Assembly: GCA_024233835.1 (NCBI GenBank)
Contig: JACKPC010000001.1
Coordinates: forward strand, 1,605,442 to 1,669,441
Direction: 5' to 3'
Origin: Leptospiraceae bacterium
GTDB lineage: Bacteria > Spirochaetota > Leptospiria > Leptospirales > Leptospiraceae
Length of the DNA: 64,000 nucleotides
In this document: positions 1 to 9,857 of the stretch, one piece after another
How the letters are laid out: each line of letters begins with the position of its first letter
How positions within the stretch are numbered: position 1 is the first letter of the stretch
Translations under genes and position numbers: made by a program
The notes under the pieces: generated by a model
Told to the model about the DNA's origin: nothing
Seen by the model: the letters and a program-made list of their open reading frames with translations, nothing else
The model's database searches: none

Positions 1-161
1 TTAATTACCGGCAAAGAAAAATGGTATGGTTATTGTTATAACGGAAGAGTCGAAGGTCTAATTTCAGTGGAAGGAAAGAGCGTTCTATATAATTGGACTA
101 TGTATTAAGACATAGTTACAAAAGAAAATGTACATAACAATAAATAGAAGGAAGAAATAAT

Positions 162-758
162 ATGTTTAAAATTTTATCTATTATGCTCTTAGGCATTTCA
201 ACAAGTATATGGTCTATTGATATGACCGTACCTTATGGAAAAGACTCTATCCGTTTCAAAATACGAAACGTTATAATTAACGGACAATCAGACCAGATAA
301 GCCTTGCAAAAGGTGGAAGCATACAGGTGAGTCTCGAAGTGTATCATAATTGTCCCCGCTGTGGTGGCGCTTTAAACCAGGTGATTGTAGGTCTTGCCGG
401 TGAAAGTAAGGCCCAGGCCTGTGTTTGGGACGGGATGAATTATAGCAGCGGAATACCGGCTTTTTGCAGAACAGATAAGGGGAAGGTATATTCGGGTTGT
501 AGTTTGAACAGAAAGCCGGCAGTTTGGGAAAAGAAAAAATTTAGCCTGATTCTTCCAAATAAGGCCGGAACTTATTATATCCGTGCCAGATATGCTCAGG
601 CTTATGGTTGTCCGGGTGGAGCTTTAGGCTGGTGGAAAGTGGACTTGCCGAATGGACCTACTGAGAATGCGAATATAGGAATTGTAAAAATTTTGGATGG
701 AACTAAAGAAGAGAATCCGGATGATATTCCACCGCCACCACCCGCACCCGGATACTAA
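162..758 (+). CDS. hypothetical secreted protein with proline-rich C-terminus
   Basis: Hydrophobic N-terminal signal-like segment; Cys-containing middle region; terminal PPPPPAPGY tail. No recognisable catalytic motif. Confidence 0.45.
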   Translation: MFKILSIMLLGISTSIWSIDMTVPYGKDSIRFKIRNVIINGQSDQISLAKGGSIQVSLEVYHNCPRCGGALNQVIVGLAGESKAQACVWDGMNYSSGIPAFCRTDKGKVYSGCSLNRKPAVWEKKKFSLILPNKAGTYYIRARYAQAYGCPGGALGWWKVDLPNGPTENANIGIVKILDGTKEENPDDIPPPPPAPGY

Positions 759-827
759 GATATAAGAACAGAAGTAGTTTAATACTAAAATATTGAACTA
801 CTTTTTTAAGAAGGAAGAGGAAAGCAA

Positions 828-2201
828 ATGCAGAGAGTGAAACAAATTATTTATATAGGAATCATATTTATTCTAACTACATTTTTATTAGAATTGCCGG
901 CCCAGGATAATAGAGATTTGAGGAAAAAGGCTTATGATGCAATCATGAAAAACAACCTATCGCAGTTGGAAAAACTGGTACAAAATGGTCTGAGTGTAAA
1001 TGAGAGTTCACCTTATACGAGTGATAGGCTATTGGTAGTTGCGATGGGCAGAAAGAAATTTGATATAGCTAAGTGGTTGATTGAAAAAGGAGCAGATGTA
1101 AATCACAGGGGCTCGAATCGAAATGCCCTGTTTTACGCAGTTGTTCATAATCAGTTTCCTATTTTGAAATTGATGGTACAGCACGGCGGAAGCATAAAAA
1201 AGTATTTTGATGGATCCGGCGGTTTAATGGTAGAAGCGATTCATGTAAGAAATCTCGAAATGCTGAAATATATCTACGAGCAGGGCGGAAGGTTGGAGGA
1301 AAAGTCTTATGGTTCCAATAGTCTTCTGCATATAGCAGCTCAAATGGCAGCACTGGATATAAGTAAATGGTTAATTCAAAAAGGGATGGATGTTAATATT
1401 ACAAATGTAGAAGGTTCTCGTCCCCTGGATCTGGCTTTGTCTACAAAGGACAATCGAAGTTTTCGGGAGGAAATTAAAATTCCGAAAGAAGATTACGAAA
1501 AGCTAATTCTCTATTTAAAATCTGTCGGAGCCGAAATAGGCGGAGAACATCTTTCTGTGAAAGCTCAAAACAAATGGTACTCGGATCTCAAAACTGCTGC
1601 CAAAAGTGGCAATTTATCTGAATTAAAGAAGTTGACAGAACGGAATGATTTCCCTTTTTCCCCGAACACGGTTTATGTAGCTTTTAAAGCAGGTCATGCA
1701 GAAGCCGCGCGGTATCTGATCCATAAATATAAACTTCATAGTCATTATATTTTAAGAACTATTATTGATTTTAAGCAAATGTATCTCTTGCCTAAATTAA
1801 TAGAGTATGGTGCGAGCCTTAAACTAAATAATTCTCTGGATTCCAGCACTAATTTGGTATCGTATGCTATCGATAATTCCCCAGATATTTCTATTATTAA
1901 AACGCTTGTGAAAGCCGGTGTTTCGGTAAATGAACGCTCCTACGACGACAGGACAGGAGAAACTCCTTTGCATTTTGCTGTTATGCGCATGGCTGATTAT
2001 GAAATTGTTCAATATCTCATTCAACAGGGAGCAAATCCTGACTTAAAAGCTAATACGATTTATGGAGATAATCTCAGTCCGGGAGAAATAATCGCTGATA
2101 TTTTAAAGAATGGAGTTTATCGATATGAGAGGAGAGTGGAATTGAAAAAATATGAAAAAGAACATCTACTCAGAATTAAAAAACTTTTAGAGGGAAAGTA
2201 A
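828..2201 (+). CDS. ankyrin-repeat protein with N-terminal signal peptide
   Basis: Signal-like N-terminus (IFILTTFLLELPAQD). Repeated ~33-aa units of the ankyrin type, each a short helix-turn motif followed by (I/V)(K/Q)xG(A/M)DVN, e.g. LHIAAQMAALDISKWLIQKGMDVN and TPLHFAVMRMADYEIVQYLIQQGANPD. Confidence 0.7.
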   Translation: MQRVKQIIYIGIIFILTTFLLELPAQDNRDLRKKAYDAIMKNNLSQLEKLVQNGLSVNESSPYTSDRLLVVAMGRKKFDIAKWLIEKGADVNHRGSNRNALFYAVVHNQFPILKLMVQHGGSIKKYFDGSGGLMVEAIHVRNLEMLKYIYEQGGRLEEKSYGSNSLLHIAAQMAALDISKWLIQKGMDVNITNVEGSRPLDLALSTKDNRSFREEIKIPKEDYEKLILYLKSVGAEIGGEHLSVKAQNKWYSDLKTAAKSGNLSELKKLTERNDFPFSPNTVYVAFKAGHAEAARYLIHKYKLHSHYILRTIIDFKQMYLLPKLIEYGASLKLNNSLDSSTNLVSYAIDNSPDISIIKTLVKAGVSVNERSYDDRTGETPLHFAVMRMADYEIVQYLIQQGANPDLKANTIYGDNLSPGEIIADILKNGVYRYERRVELKKYEKEHLLRIKKLLEGK

Positions 2202-2202
2202 G

Positions 2203-3264
2203 ATGAAGAGAAGTAGATATTGGATGATTATAAGTTTCCTTGTATTCAGTTTTTTTAGTTTAGAAGCAAAAGCGAATAAGTTTTATCATACAAGATATGG
2301 TAAGATACATATTGAAAAAATAAGAAGGCCTCTTTTTACCCAGATAGACGGAAAATGTCGAACTGTAGAACAGGATGTTACCATGTATTGTCATGATAAA
2401 CTTTGTTTTCTATGGGAAAATCCTGAAGGAAAATATGAAGAAAAACCTTTGAAAAAATCCCGTGTATTAGCCATGCTAAATGTTTTGCAAGTTTATATTG
2501 ATTCTGCAATGGAGATAACAGCCTATACACCGAAGAAGATTTCCTGGTCTACTATTAAGGGGAAAGATGGAAAGACAAGACACTGGATGATTGAAACCCC
2601 CCGTGAACTTTGTCCCGGTTATGGAGGTGCCGGCTATAACGGGCAGGCCTGGGTAGCTATACCCAAATCATTTTTCTATGAGTTCTATAACACGATTTAT
2701 AAGGAAACACCGGTTGTTCCTTTTATATATTTTTATGAATTGAGCAGAAATTTGTACGACATAAAATTTGATAATAATCTGGATTGGAATTTGGAAAATG
2801 ATCCGAGTAAATATGGTTTTTGGACAGTAGGTATCAATGGCTTATTTGGTGTTATTTTTCCGGAAATTATTGGAGTAAATATGCAGTTCCACGGACAAGA
2901 TATTCCTACCTTTAAAGAATCTAAACTAGTGCATTTACGGGAATACATGAATAACAAAAAATGGAATTTTCAAAATACCTGGCTGAAATACGCACTGCCC
3001 TGGGAAAAGGAGAAGGGTCGAACTAAAAGTCTCGATGATTTGATTTCTGGTTTATTTGTCTATATGTATGATAATTTTGGTGGTAAGATTTTTTTAAAGA
3101 AGTTTTACAAGGAAATGTATAAACAAAAAAATACTCCCTCCCGAAATGATTATAAACTTAGAGCCAGAAATTTTATCAGGGCAGTGAAAAAAGCGAATCA
3201 GAGTAAAAAAGATATAGATAGTTTTTTTAAGAGCGAAATGAAATGGAATATAGTATATGAATAA
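2203..3264 (+). CDS. hypothetical secreted protein
   Basis: Start sits 2 nt after the upstream stop (operon-like). Signal-like N-terminus. No recognisable motif. Confidence 0.45.
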   Translation: MKRSRYWMIISFLVFSFFSLEAKANKFYHTRYGKIHIEKIRRPLFTQIDGKCRTVEQDVTMYCHDKLCFLWENPEGKYEEKPLKKSRVLAMLNVLQVYIDSAMEITAYTPKKISWSTIKGKDGKTRHWMIETPRELCPGYGGAGYNGQAWVAIPKSFFYEFYNTIYKETPVVPFIYFYELSRNLYDIKFDNNLDWNLENDPSKYGFWTVGINGLFGVIFPEIIGVNMQFHGQDIPTFKESKLVHLREYMNNKKWNFQNTWLKYALPWEKEKGRTKSLDDLISGLFVYMYDNFGGKIFLKKFYKEMYKQKNTPSRNDYKLRARNFIRAVKKANQSKKDIDSFFKSEMKWNIVYE

Positions 3265-3287
3265 ATAATAAAATAGCGGAGATTAAT

Positions 3288-3698
3288 ATGGAAACGATTA
3301 TTTGGGATAGTAAACTTTTAAGTGTTGGAATTGATGAGTTTGATGAAGAACATTATGAATTGATTAAGCATTTGAATGAGTTAGATCAAGCAGTGAAAAC
3401 CGGTGCAGCCAAACAGACTCTGGAACTGGTTTTAACTCACTTGATTAAATACACTCGGATTCATTTCGGTCATGAGGAAAAATACATGAAGAAGTATAGT
3501 TATCCGGATTATGAATCTCATAAGAGAGAACATGAGGAACTCACAGCACGGGTGAATGAGTTTTACGAGAGATATAAATCCGGACAAATATCCTTTTCCA
3601 TAGAAGTTTTAAAGTTTTTATATAACTGGTTATTGAATCATATCCTTGGCTGTGATATGAAGTATAAGGAATTCTTTAAAGGAAAAAAAATTCAGTAA
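3288..3698 (+). CDS. hemerythrin-like metal-binding domain protein (bacteriohemerythrin)
   Basis: His/Glu ligand pattern typical of hemerythrin HHE domains (HFGHEEKYM ... HKREHEEL ... NHILGCD). ~136 aa is the usual size. Confidence 0.7.
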   Translation: METIIWDSKLLSVGIDEFDEEHYELIKHLNELDQAVKTGAAKQTLELVLTHLIKYTRIHFGHEEKYMKKYSYPDYESHKREHEELTARVNEFYERYKSGQISFSIEVLKFLYNWLLNHILGCDMKYKEFFKGKKIQ

Positions 3699-3719
3699 GG
3701 TTTATTACACGGGGATAAT

Positions 3720-4499
3720 ATGAGATTTATATCAAAAACTCTATTCGTAATGTCGTTTGTAACAAGTTTATTTATGTTCTTATTTACCCTAACTGTGCAC
3801 GTACTTGGTTTTCTAAATTTTGAAAATGTGCAAAGTTTTAAAGAACAGATCCCATTGATGGGAATGTTTCCCCTGCTGATAGTTATTGTTTGGGGATTTA
3901 TCAACAGACAATTCTCTGAAGGACGGGCATTATCCTATGCAGGGAGTATGAAGTTTTTTTTGAAAATTCTGTATATACTAATATTCGTGGTAAGCCTGTT
4001 TTTATTTTTCTTTGCTTTAACTTTGCATATACTTAGCTTTTCTAGTCATGGCAATACTGAAAGCCTTATTGGGCTGGCAACAATAACAATGTTAGGAATA
4101 TTTCCAGTGTTTTTCATTGCTCTTTTAGGATTTATTCACAGACAGGTGATTACAGGAAAGATTAATGAAAATGGTTTTTCCTCTATGGCAGATAGTTTAG
4201 AAATTAAAAAAAGCACACTGGTAGTATTTATTGTCCTGATTCAGGCTATTGGTTTTTATGTAGCGGCTAACTTCATAAAGAATGCGGATTATGGTTCGAT
4301 TCAAAAACTGAAGGATGGACGATTTGTTTCTATGAATCACGGAACTATAGTCAAAGAATATAAAACAGAGGAAGAGATACAATATGGTTTACGTAATTCT
4401 CTCCGCTTTGAAACGGGACATCCTTTGATCTTCTATTTTTTTTCCTGTGCAATCTTATTCAGATTAAGTCAGTTATCATTCAGGGAGGGTAAAGAATAA
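3720..4499 (+). CDS. integral membrane protein with internal tandem duplication
   Basis: Two homologous ~100-aa halves, each with two hydrophobic helices. Compare FVMSFVTSLFMFLFTLTVHVLGF...GMFPLLIVIVWGFINRQFSEG with ILIFVVSLFLFFFALTLHILSF...GIFPVFFIALLGFIHRQVITG. Confidence 0.5.
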   Translation: MRFISKTLFVMSFVTSLFMFLFTLTVHVLGFLNFENVQSFKEQIPLMGMFPLLIVIVWGFINRQFSEGRALSYAGSMKFFLKILYILIFVVSLFLFFFALTLHILSFSSHGNTESLIGLATITMLGIFPVFFIALLGFIHRQVITGKINENGFSSMADSLEIKKSTLVVFIVLIQAIGFYVAANFIKNADYGSIQKLKDGRFVSMNHGTIVKEYKTEEEIQYGLRNSLRFETGHPLIFYFFSCAILFRLSQLSFREGKE

Positions 4500-4587
4500 C
4501 TCATAAAAAGTTATAAAAATCTTATCGTATTCATGTTTCTTAAAAGATTACTTCTTTGTAATTAAGCGGAGCTCATGCTTCGTTTAA

Positions 4588-7002
4588 TTACATTTTTTCT
4601 GAATTATCCTGGTGATTATGAGCTTCCTTTTCTGATTTAAAATAAACTTGAAAGATTTCTCCTGCCAGGTCCTTCGGCTCGTTTTCTTTAGAAAGGGAGT
4701 GATAGAGTTTTGAACCTGTTGATGGGTTAGATAGAGTATTTGGGTATTCTAATAGAAAGAATTGCAAATCCTGCAAATCCGGATTTTCTAAAATTTTTTG
4801 AATTAATTTTATTCCATTCATTTCGGGTAAATCAGAATCTATGATAAGTACTGTAGGATGAATCCGTTCCAGGTTTTCTAAAACTTCACAGGCATTGTTC
4901 ATTCCTATGCAAACATAAGGTTGTAAATTCATAATTTCAGAAATTAGTTCACAGCGAAAATTACGATTATTGCTTACGATATAAAAGATTTCTTCGTTAG
5001 AGGGTAGCTTGATAATCAATTTGCTTCCTTTCATTTCTTCGCTTTGTAATTCCAGGTCACCATGATGAGATTTAAGAATATCCTTACAAAGAGAAAGACC
5101 CAGTCCATTTCCCTTTTCTCCGTCGGTTCCCGGCAAGGAAACCGGTTCCGATGAATTGAATAGTTTTTGTATTATTTCCGGAGAAATTCCCATTCCGCTA
5201 TCTTCAATAATAATACAATGATAAGCTTGTATTTCTTGATATTCAAAGTAAATGATTTGATTTTGAAAAGAGAACTTTATCGCATTTATAAATCCATTAT
5301 GTAATACTTCATAAAAAAGTTGTTCATCAACAGATAGAATGGTATCTTCTGAGATAGTACTATGGGTTGTTAGATTTTTTTTGCGAAGAAGAGTGTAGTT
5401 TTCCTGTATGAGTCGAGTTACTAAGTTTTGGAGTTTTACGTCTGTATAATAAAGTTTAACAGAACCGGTTCTAAGTCTACTCAGATCTAAAAGTTGTTTT
5501 ATCATATTTAAAGAACTGCTAAGTGTTTTTTGAGCCAAATCCAGTAACTTTTCTTTTTTTTGAGGGTTTGCTCCATTAAGAACCTGTAAAGTATTTTGTA
5601 AACTGACTAAGGGGGAGCGCAGGTCATGAGAAACTATAGATAAAAATTTGTCCTTTAGAAGATTCGCTTCTTCGAGGTCTTTTGTTCTCATGCTTACTTT
5701 TTCTTCCAGTTTTCTCTGGTAATCTAAGAGTTCAAGGGCGAGTTGTTCTTCATTCTTTAGGGCTTTTGAAAACCGGTTAGATAGAAGGACGGATTGAAAA
5801 AACACAATGATTAATAAACCTACTCCGGGTAGCGAAAATTCACTATAAATCAGATTTTTGGTGAAGAGGAGATCATGAACAATCGTTACAAAAAAAATGA
5901 GCAAGCCGATGAAGAATAAAAAGGCACCTTCCCGTTTCTTATAAACGGCCTGAAAGAATCCAAATATCGCATAGCCAAGAGATGAAAAAATAATAATGTA
6001 AATCAATAGAAAAAAATCCATCAAATAATTTAATGGACTTAGTAAGAAAAAAGTCAGATTGATAGTATTGAAAATATAAAAAATCTTTAATATTCCCCTA
6101 TGATAACAATCCGGGAAAATCGAATACGCAAATAGTAAGCCGCTTATTGCACATAAGGGTTGAAGCAGGAAGAATAACTTCATTAAAAAAGGCCAGTAAG
6201 CATCACTTAGAATAGTAAAAGCTATTCTGGGTTCCATCAGGATAAAAGATAACATGCCGGAAGATATACAGAAAAAAACAAAGTATAAAAAAGAAGCTTC
6301 CTTCTTTCTTAGTAGATACAGGCGAAAGTAATAGATAATCATGATGATAAGTGCCCCTAAAAGAAAATAGCTAAAACTAAAGAGCCTGACTTCTCTTTGA
6401 TTGATATTCTCAAATGTTCCTATGTGGATAGGTAACCGAAATCCTGCATAAATATGAGAGTAATTAGATATGTGAAAAACCAAATTTAACTCAGGAGAAT
6501 CAGGACTATAAACAAAGAGAGATCTTTTAAAGGAGGGTTTATGTTTATCTGCTTGATGTGACACTTTTCCTGATTCAGATAATAAATTTCCGTTGATAAA
6601 AATTTTTACTGCTGAATAGGCTTCCGGAATAGAGAAGGCAACCTGTTTTAATTCTTTAGGAAGAATAATTTTCAAATACAGACTGGCATAGCCATGGGAA
6701 GGTAAAGTTTCTTTATTAAAATGTAGTTTAGTCCAATAGGAAGGCATTTTAATATAAGTTGTAATATTTAGAGGTAAGGGATTTTCGGGTTGAATCAATT
6801 GCTTCCAGGCAAAGCCCCATTCGCCATTGAGAGTGTGTGTATTTTTTTGATAGTTCCAATTCGAAAGGTTCAGGACAGCTTTATCGGCAATAAGTTGCTT
6901 GGAAGGATTGCAGGAGAAAAGAAGAAATAGTAAACTGTATAAGAGTAAAAAATTCAATTTTATAAAAATTAACATTATGCTTCTCAATGAATAGGATCTC
7001 AA
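4588..7002 (-). CDS. 7TMR-DISM hybrid sensor histidine kinase / response regulator
   Basis: N-terminal periplasmic 7TMR-DISM_extracellular-2-like domain, seven hydrophobic helices, coiled coil. HisKA H-box (SIVSHDLRSP). HATPase G-boxes (DSGMGI, GNGLGL). C-terminal receiver domain (VLIIDSDLPEMNG). Confidence 0.8.
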   Translation of the reverse strand: MRSYSLRSIMLIFIKLNFLLLYSLLFLLFSCNPSKQLIADKAVLNLSNWNYQKNTHTLNGEWGFAWKQLIQPENPLPLNITTYIKMPSYWTKLHFNKETLPSHGYASLYLKIILPKELKQVAFSIPEAYSAVKIFINGNLLSESGKVSHQADKHKPSFKRSLFVYSPDSPELNLVFHISNYSHIYAGFRLPIHIGTFENINQREVRLFSFSYFLLGALIIMIIYYFRLYLLRKKEASFLYFVFFCISSGMLSFILMEPRIAFTILSDAYWPFLMKLFFLLQPLCAISGLLFAYSIFPDCYHRGILKIFYIFNTINLTFFLLSPLNYLMDFFLLIYIIIFSSLGYAIFGFFQAVYKKREGAFLFFIGLLIFFVTIVHDLLFTKNLIYSEFSLPGVGLLIIVFFQSVLLSNRFSKALKNEEQLALELLDYQRKLEEKVSMRTKDLEEANLLKDKFLSIVSHDLRSPLVSLQNTLQVLNGANPQKKEKLLDLAQKTLSSSLNMIKQLLDLSRLRTGSVKLYYTDVKLQNLVTRLIQENYTLLRKKNLTTHSTISEDTILSVDEQLFYEVLHNGFINAIKFSFQNQIIYFEYQEIQAYHCIIIEDSGMGISPEIIQKLFNSSEPVSLPGTDGEKGNGLGLSLCKDILKSHHGDLELQSEEMKGSKLIIKLPSNEEIFYIVSNNRNFRCELISEIMNLQPYVCIGMNNACEVLENLERIHPTVLIIDSDLPEMNGIKLIQKILENPDLQDLQFFLLEYPNTLSNPSTGSKLYHSLSKENEPKDLAGEIFQVYFKSEKEAHNHQDNSEKM

Positions 7003-7123
7003 AAGAAGTCTATCAGTATGATTTTTTTTAGCAAGAGAATTTTGTCAGATCTCGAATAAAACTTTTTATAAAAAACTTTCTTTACAATTTAATCTAACTG
7101 CATTTTTTTAAGATGGAGGATTT

Positions 7124-7747
7124 ATGAAAATAGAAACATCAGCTTTTAAAAATGGAACTAAAATACCGGGAAAGTATGCTTTCGCTATACCCGATGCAAA
7201 GGAACATGCCAAACTGAGTAATAACCTGAATCCGGAACTTAGTTGGAAAGACTTCCCCACCGGAACAAAATCTTTTGCACTTATCTGTCATGATCCGGAT
7301 GTACCTTCCAGGGGAGACGATGTGAACCAGGAAGGGAAGCTGGTTCCGGCTGAGCTTCCGAGAGTAGATTTTTTTCACTGGGTGCTGATTGACATTCCTG
7401 TTTCGGTCACATCCATACCGGAGGGGGCCGATTCAAAAGAAGTAACAGCAAAAGGTAAGCCGGCAGGAAAAACTCCTTATGGTGTTCGCGGTAAAAATAG
7501 TTATACAGAATGGTTTGCAGGCGATACTTCTATGGGTGGAGACTACTGTGGCTATGACGGGCCCTGTCCTCCCTGGAATGATTCGATTCTCTATCATTAT
7601 CATTTCACCATATATGCTCTGGATGTAGAAAGACTTGGTTTGTCCGGAGTTTTTAGTGGAGAAGATGCAAGGAAGGCAATGGAGGGTCATATCCTCGATA
7701 AGGCAGAATGGATAGGAACCTATTCCATGAATCCTTCTGTAAGTTAA
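7124..7747 (+). CDS. YbhB/YbcL-family phosphatidylethanolamine-binding (PEBP) protein
   Basis: PEBP hallmark motifs: CHDPDVP...HW, then YHYHFTIYALD. ~200 aa is typical for the bacterial YbhB family. Confidence 0.75.
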   Translation: MKIETSAFKNGTKIPGKYAFAIPDAKEHAKLSNNLNPELSWKDFPTGTKSFALICHDPDVPSRGDDVNQEGKLVPAELPRVDFFHWVLIDIPVSVTSIPEGADSKEVTAKGKPAGKTPYGVRGKNSYTEWFAGDTSMGGDYCGYDGPCPPWNDSILYHYHFTIYALDVERLGLSGVFSGEDARKAMEGHILDKAEWIGTYSMNPSVS

Positions 7748-7764
7748 TAGATTAGGATAAGATT

Positions 7765-9405
7765 ATGTACAAAAAATGGTTTTTTCTTATATTGGGAATT
7801 ATCATGATTACTTATATTCCTCTAAGAGCAGGGGAATATAAACTTGAATCAGAAACAATTTCCGTATCTCCACATCGAATTTCTTTAAAAGGAAGTATCG
7901 GGGTGCGTTTTCCTTTGATTTCTCCTTTTCCGGATGGTAGCCTGAGTATGGGCTGGATGGAAGATAATACAGTACATATAAGTTTTTTGGATAATACTTT
8001 AAAACGTTCCGGAATAGATATTATCCTGAAGTCTTATATTTTACAGGGTATCTTAGCTTTACCGGATTATACGGTTCTCGCTCTCGTGATTCCTGATCAT
8101 GAGAAAATGAACTACTATAGCTATTCTAACCCGGCTTACCTGATTAAGTTTAGAAAAGATGGAAAGCAAGTTTTTAAAACTTTCCTTTTAGGAGGAAATA
8201 ACTTCCAAAAGAAAAATGATGAGGGACTTTATAAAACTTATCCCTTTTATCATCCTATAGCATTCAATGGTTCTAAAATTGCATTGTTTTTGGAAATCTG
8301 TAAACAGTTTGGAGGAAGCACCGGGATTCACTGCGGTGATCGTTATATGCTTTTAAATCCAAACGGTCAGGTAGATAAGAGTGTAGATTGGAGCTGGGAT
8401 GCAAGTCATAGTAGTGCACATAGTATGTTAGCCACATCTTCCGGAGAGTTCCTTACCGTAACTTCCGGTGATTCCTATCCTTTTGGGATCCAGTTTATCA
8501 ATCGGTCAAAACAAAGGGCTTATGATAATCCTATTATCTGGCCTCCGGAGAACCAGAGAACGAAAGAAGTTACATCTAAAAATAATTTATCAACCGGTGC
8601 CGGGACACCGGAAGGAATGGCTGAAATTGGAGGGAGAGTATTTACCCTGATAAGCACTATGCCGACTCTTCCAAATAAATACGATTCTAATAAAGATATC
8701 CTTCTTGTAGGTTCTGATAAAAATGGACAGGTTCAGTTTCAGAATTGGGTATACAAAGATGGATCGAAGAGGCTGGAAGGATTTGGTATTGTTCCGTTTC
8801 AAGGGGGTGGGCTTATTGGCTTTTACGAATCCGAATACGATAAGGAAAGTCCAATTTATCTTGCTTATACAGATTCCTCCGGGAAAATTTCCGGACAGAC
8901 AAAACTGGATATCAGTGTAGATTCAGCAGCTATGGGAAGAATGTTCCGCTTTCCGAATGGAGATGCAGGCTTTGCACTTTCACCGGATGAAAGTAGTTTT
9001 GAAATCTTTCGTGTAAAAGCCGGGGGTGGTTCGGAAAATATTCCGGATGTACCGGAACCACCGAATGTGCCGGATGTAACTCCCGGTCCACCCGAACCTC
9101 CTTCACCTGATAATGGAGGTAAAGAAGCTTCCGGTTTTATGGGAACCTGGGATTGTGGTTCATATGGAGTTATGAATATTCAAAAATTAAGTCAGAATAC
9201 ATACACGGGTTCTTATTCCTATAAAGATGGAAAGATTAACGGGTTTGAAAGAAACGGAATTTTGAATGGAAACTGGAGCCAATCCGATTCATCTGGAACC
9301 TTCTACTTTAAGTTGCAATCACGGGATGCGGAGATAAAAGGCAGGTGGAAGTATAGAAAAGATAAAAAATGGAGAACTTCTCCCTGGAATTGTAAGCGGC
9401 AATAA
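7765..9405 (+). CDS. hypothetical secreted protein with Pro/Thr-rich linker
   Basis: Signal-like N-terminus. Linker PDVPEPPNVPDVTPGPPEPPSPDNG separates a large N-domain from a ~100-aa C-terminal module. Confidence 0.5.
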   Translation: MYKKWFFLILGIIMITYIPLRAGEYKLESETISVSPHRISLKGSIGVRFPLISPFPDGSLSMGWMEDNTVHISFLDNTLKRSGIDIILKSYILQGILALPDYTVLALVIPDHEKMNYYSYSNPAYLIKFRKDGKQVFKTFLLGGNNFQKKNDEGLYKTYPFYHPIAFNGSKIALFLEICKQFGGSTGIHCGDRYMLLNPNGQVDKSVDWSWDASHSSAHSMLATSSGEFLTVTSGDSYPFGIQFINRSKQRAYDNPIIWPPENQRTKEVTSKNNLSTGAGTPEGMAEIGGRVFTLISTMPTLPNKYDSNKDILLVGSDKNGQVQFQNWVYKDGSKRLEGFGIVPFQGGGLIGFYESEYDKESPIYLAYTDSSGKISGQTKLDISVDSAAMGRMFRFPNGDAGFALSPDESSFEIFRVKAGGGSENIPDVPEPPNVPDVTPGPPEPPSPDNGGKEASGFMGTWDCGSYGVMNIQKLSQNTYTGSYSYKDGKINGFERNGILNGNWSQSDSSGTFYFKLQSRDAEIKGRWKYRKDKKWRTSPWNCKRQ

Positions 9406-9407
9406 AT

Positions 9408-9857
9408 ATGGCGGATCTTCGTAGATTTGAATACTTTGCCGGATTCATCCATAAAAAATTTGGAACCTGTCGCATTTATGATGTGGCAGGTGGAATGGGA
9501 AAGTTAAACGAAGAACTGAGTAAATTGGGTTGTGATGTCCTGACCTTTGATAAACGGCATAAACATCTTCCGGTTAAGTTTGAGGTGAAGGAGTTTACGC
9601 TTGAAGAAGAATGCAGGGCAGATTTAGTTGTCGGTATGCACCCTGACGGGGCTACAAAGCTTATTATTGACTACGCTGCCATGCACAACATTCCTTTTGC
9701 CATTGTTCCCTGTTGTTCTGATAATGGCATGTCTTATAAGACCTGGATAAAATTCTTAAAACAACATACCCTTGATTTAGGGATGGGTTTAGAAGAAGCT
9801 TCCCTTCCGATGAAGGGAAGAGCTACCGTTTTAATCGGAAGACCGAATCTATCTTAA
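9408..9857 (+). CDS. hypothetical protein (possible minimal Rossmann/methyltransferase-like fold)
   Basis: Starts 3 nt after the upstream stop. Glycine-rich YDVAGGMGKL followed by an acidic beta-strand end (VLTFDKR) is reminiscent of SAM-MTase motif I/II. Protein is short at 149 aa. Confidence 0.35.
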   Translation: MADLRRFEYFAGFIHKKFGTCRIYDVAGGMGKLNEELSKLGCDVLTFDKRHKHLPVKFEVKEFTLEEECRADLVVGMHPDGATKLIIDYAAMHNIPFAIVPCCSDNGMSYKTWIKFLKQHTLDLGMGLEEASLPMKGRATVLIGRPNLS

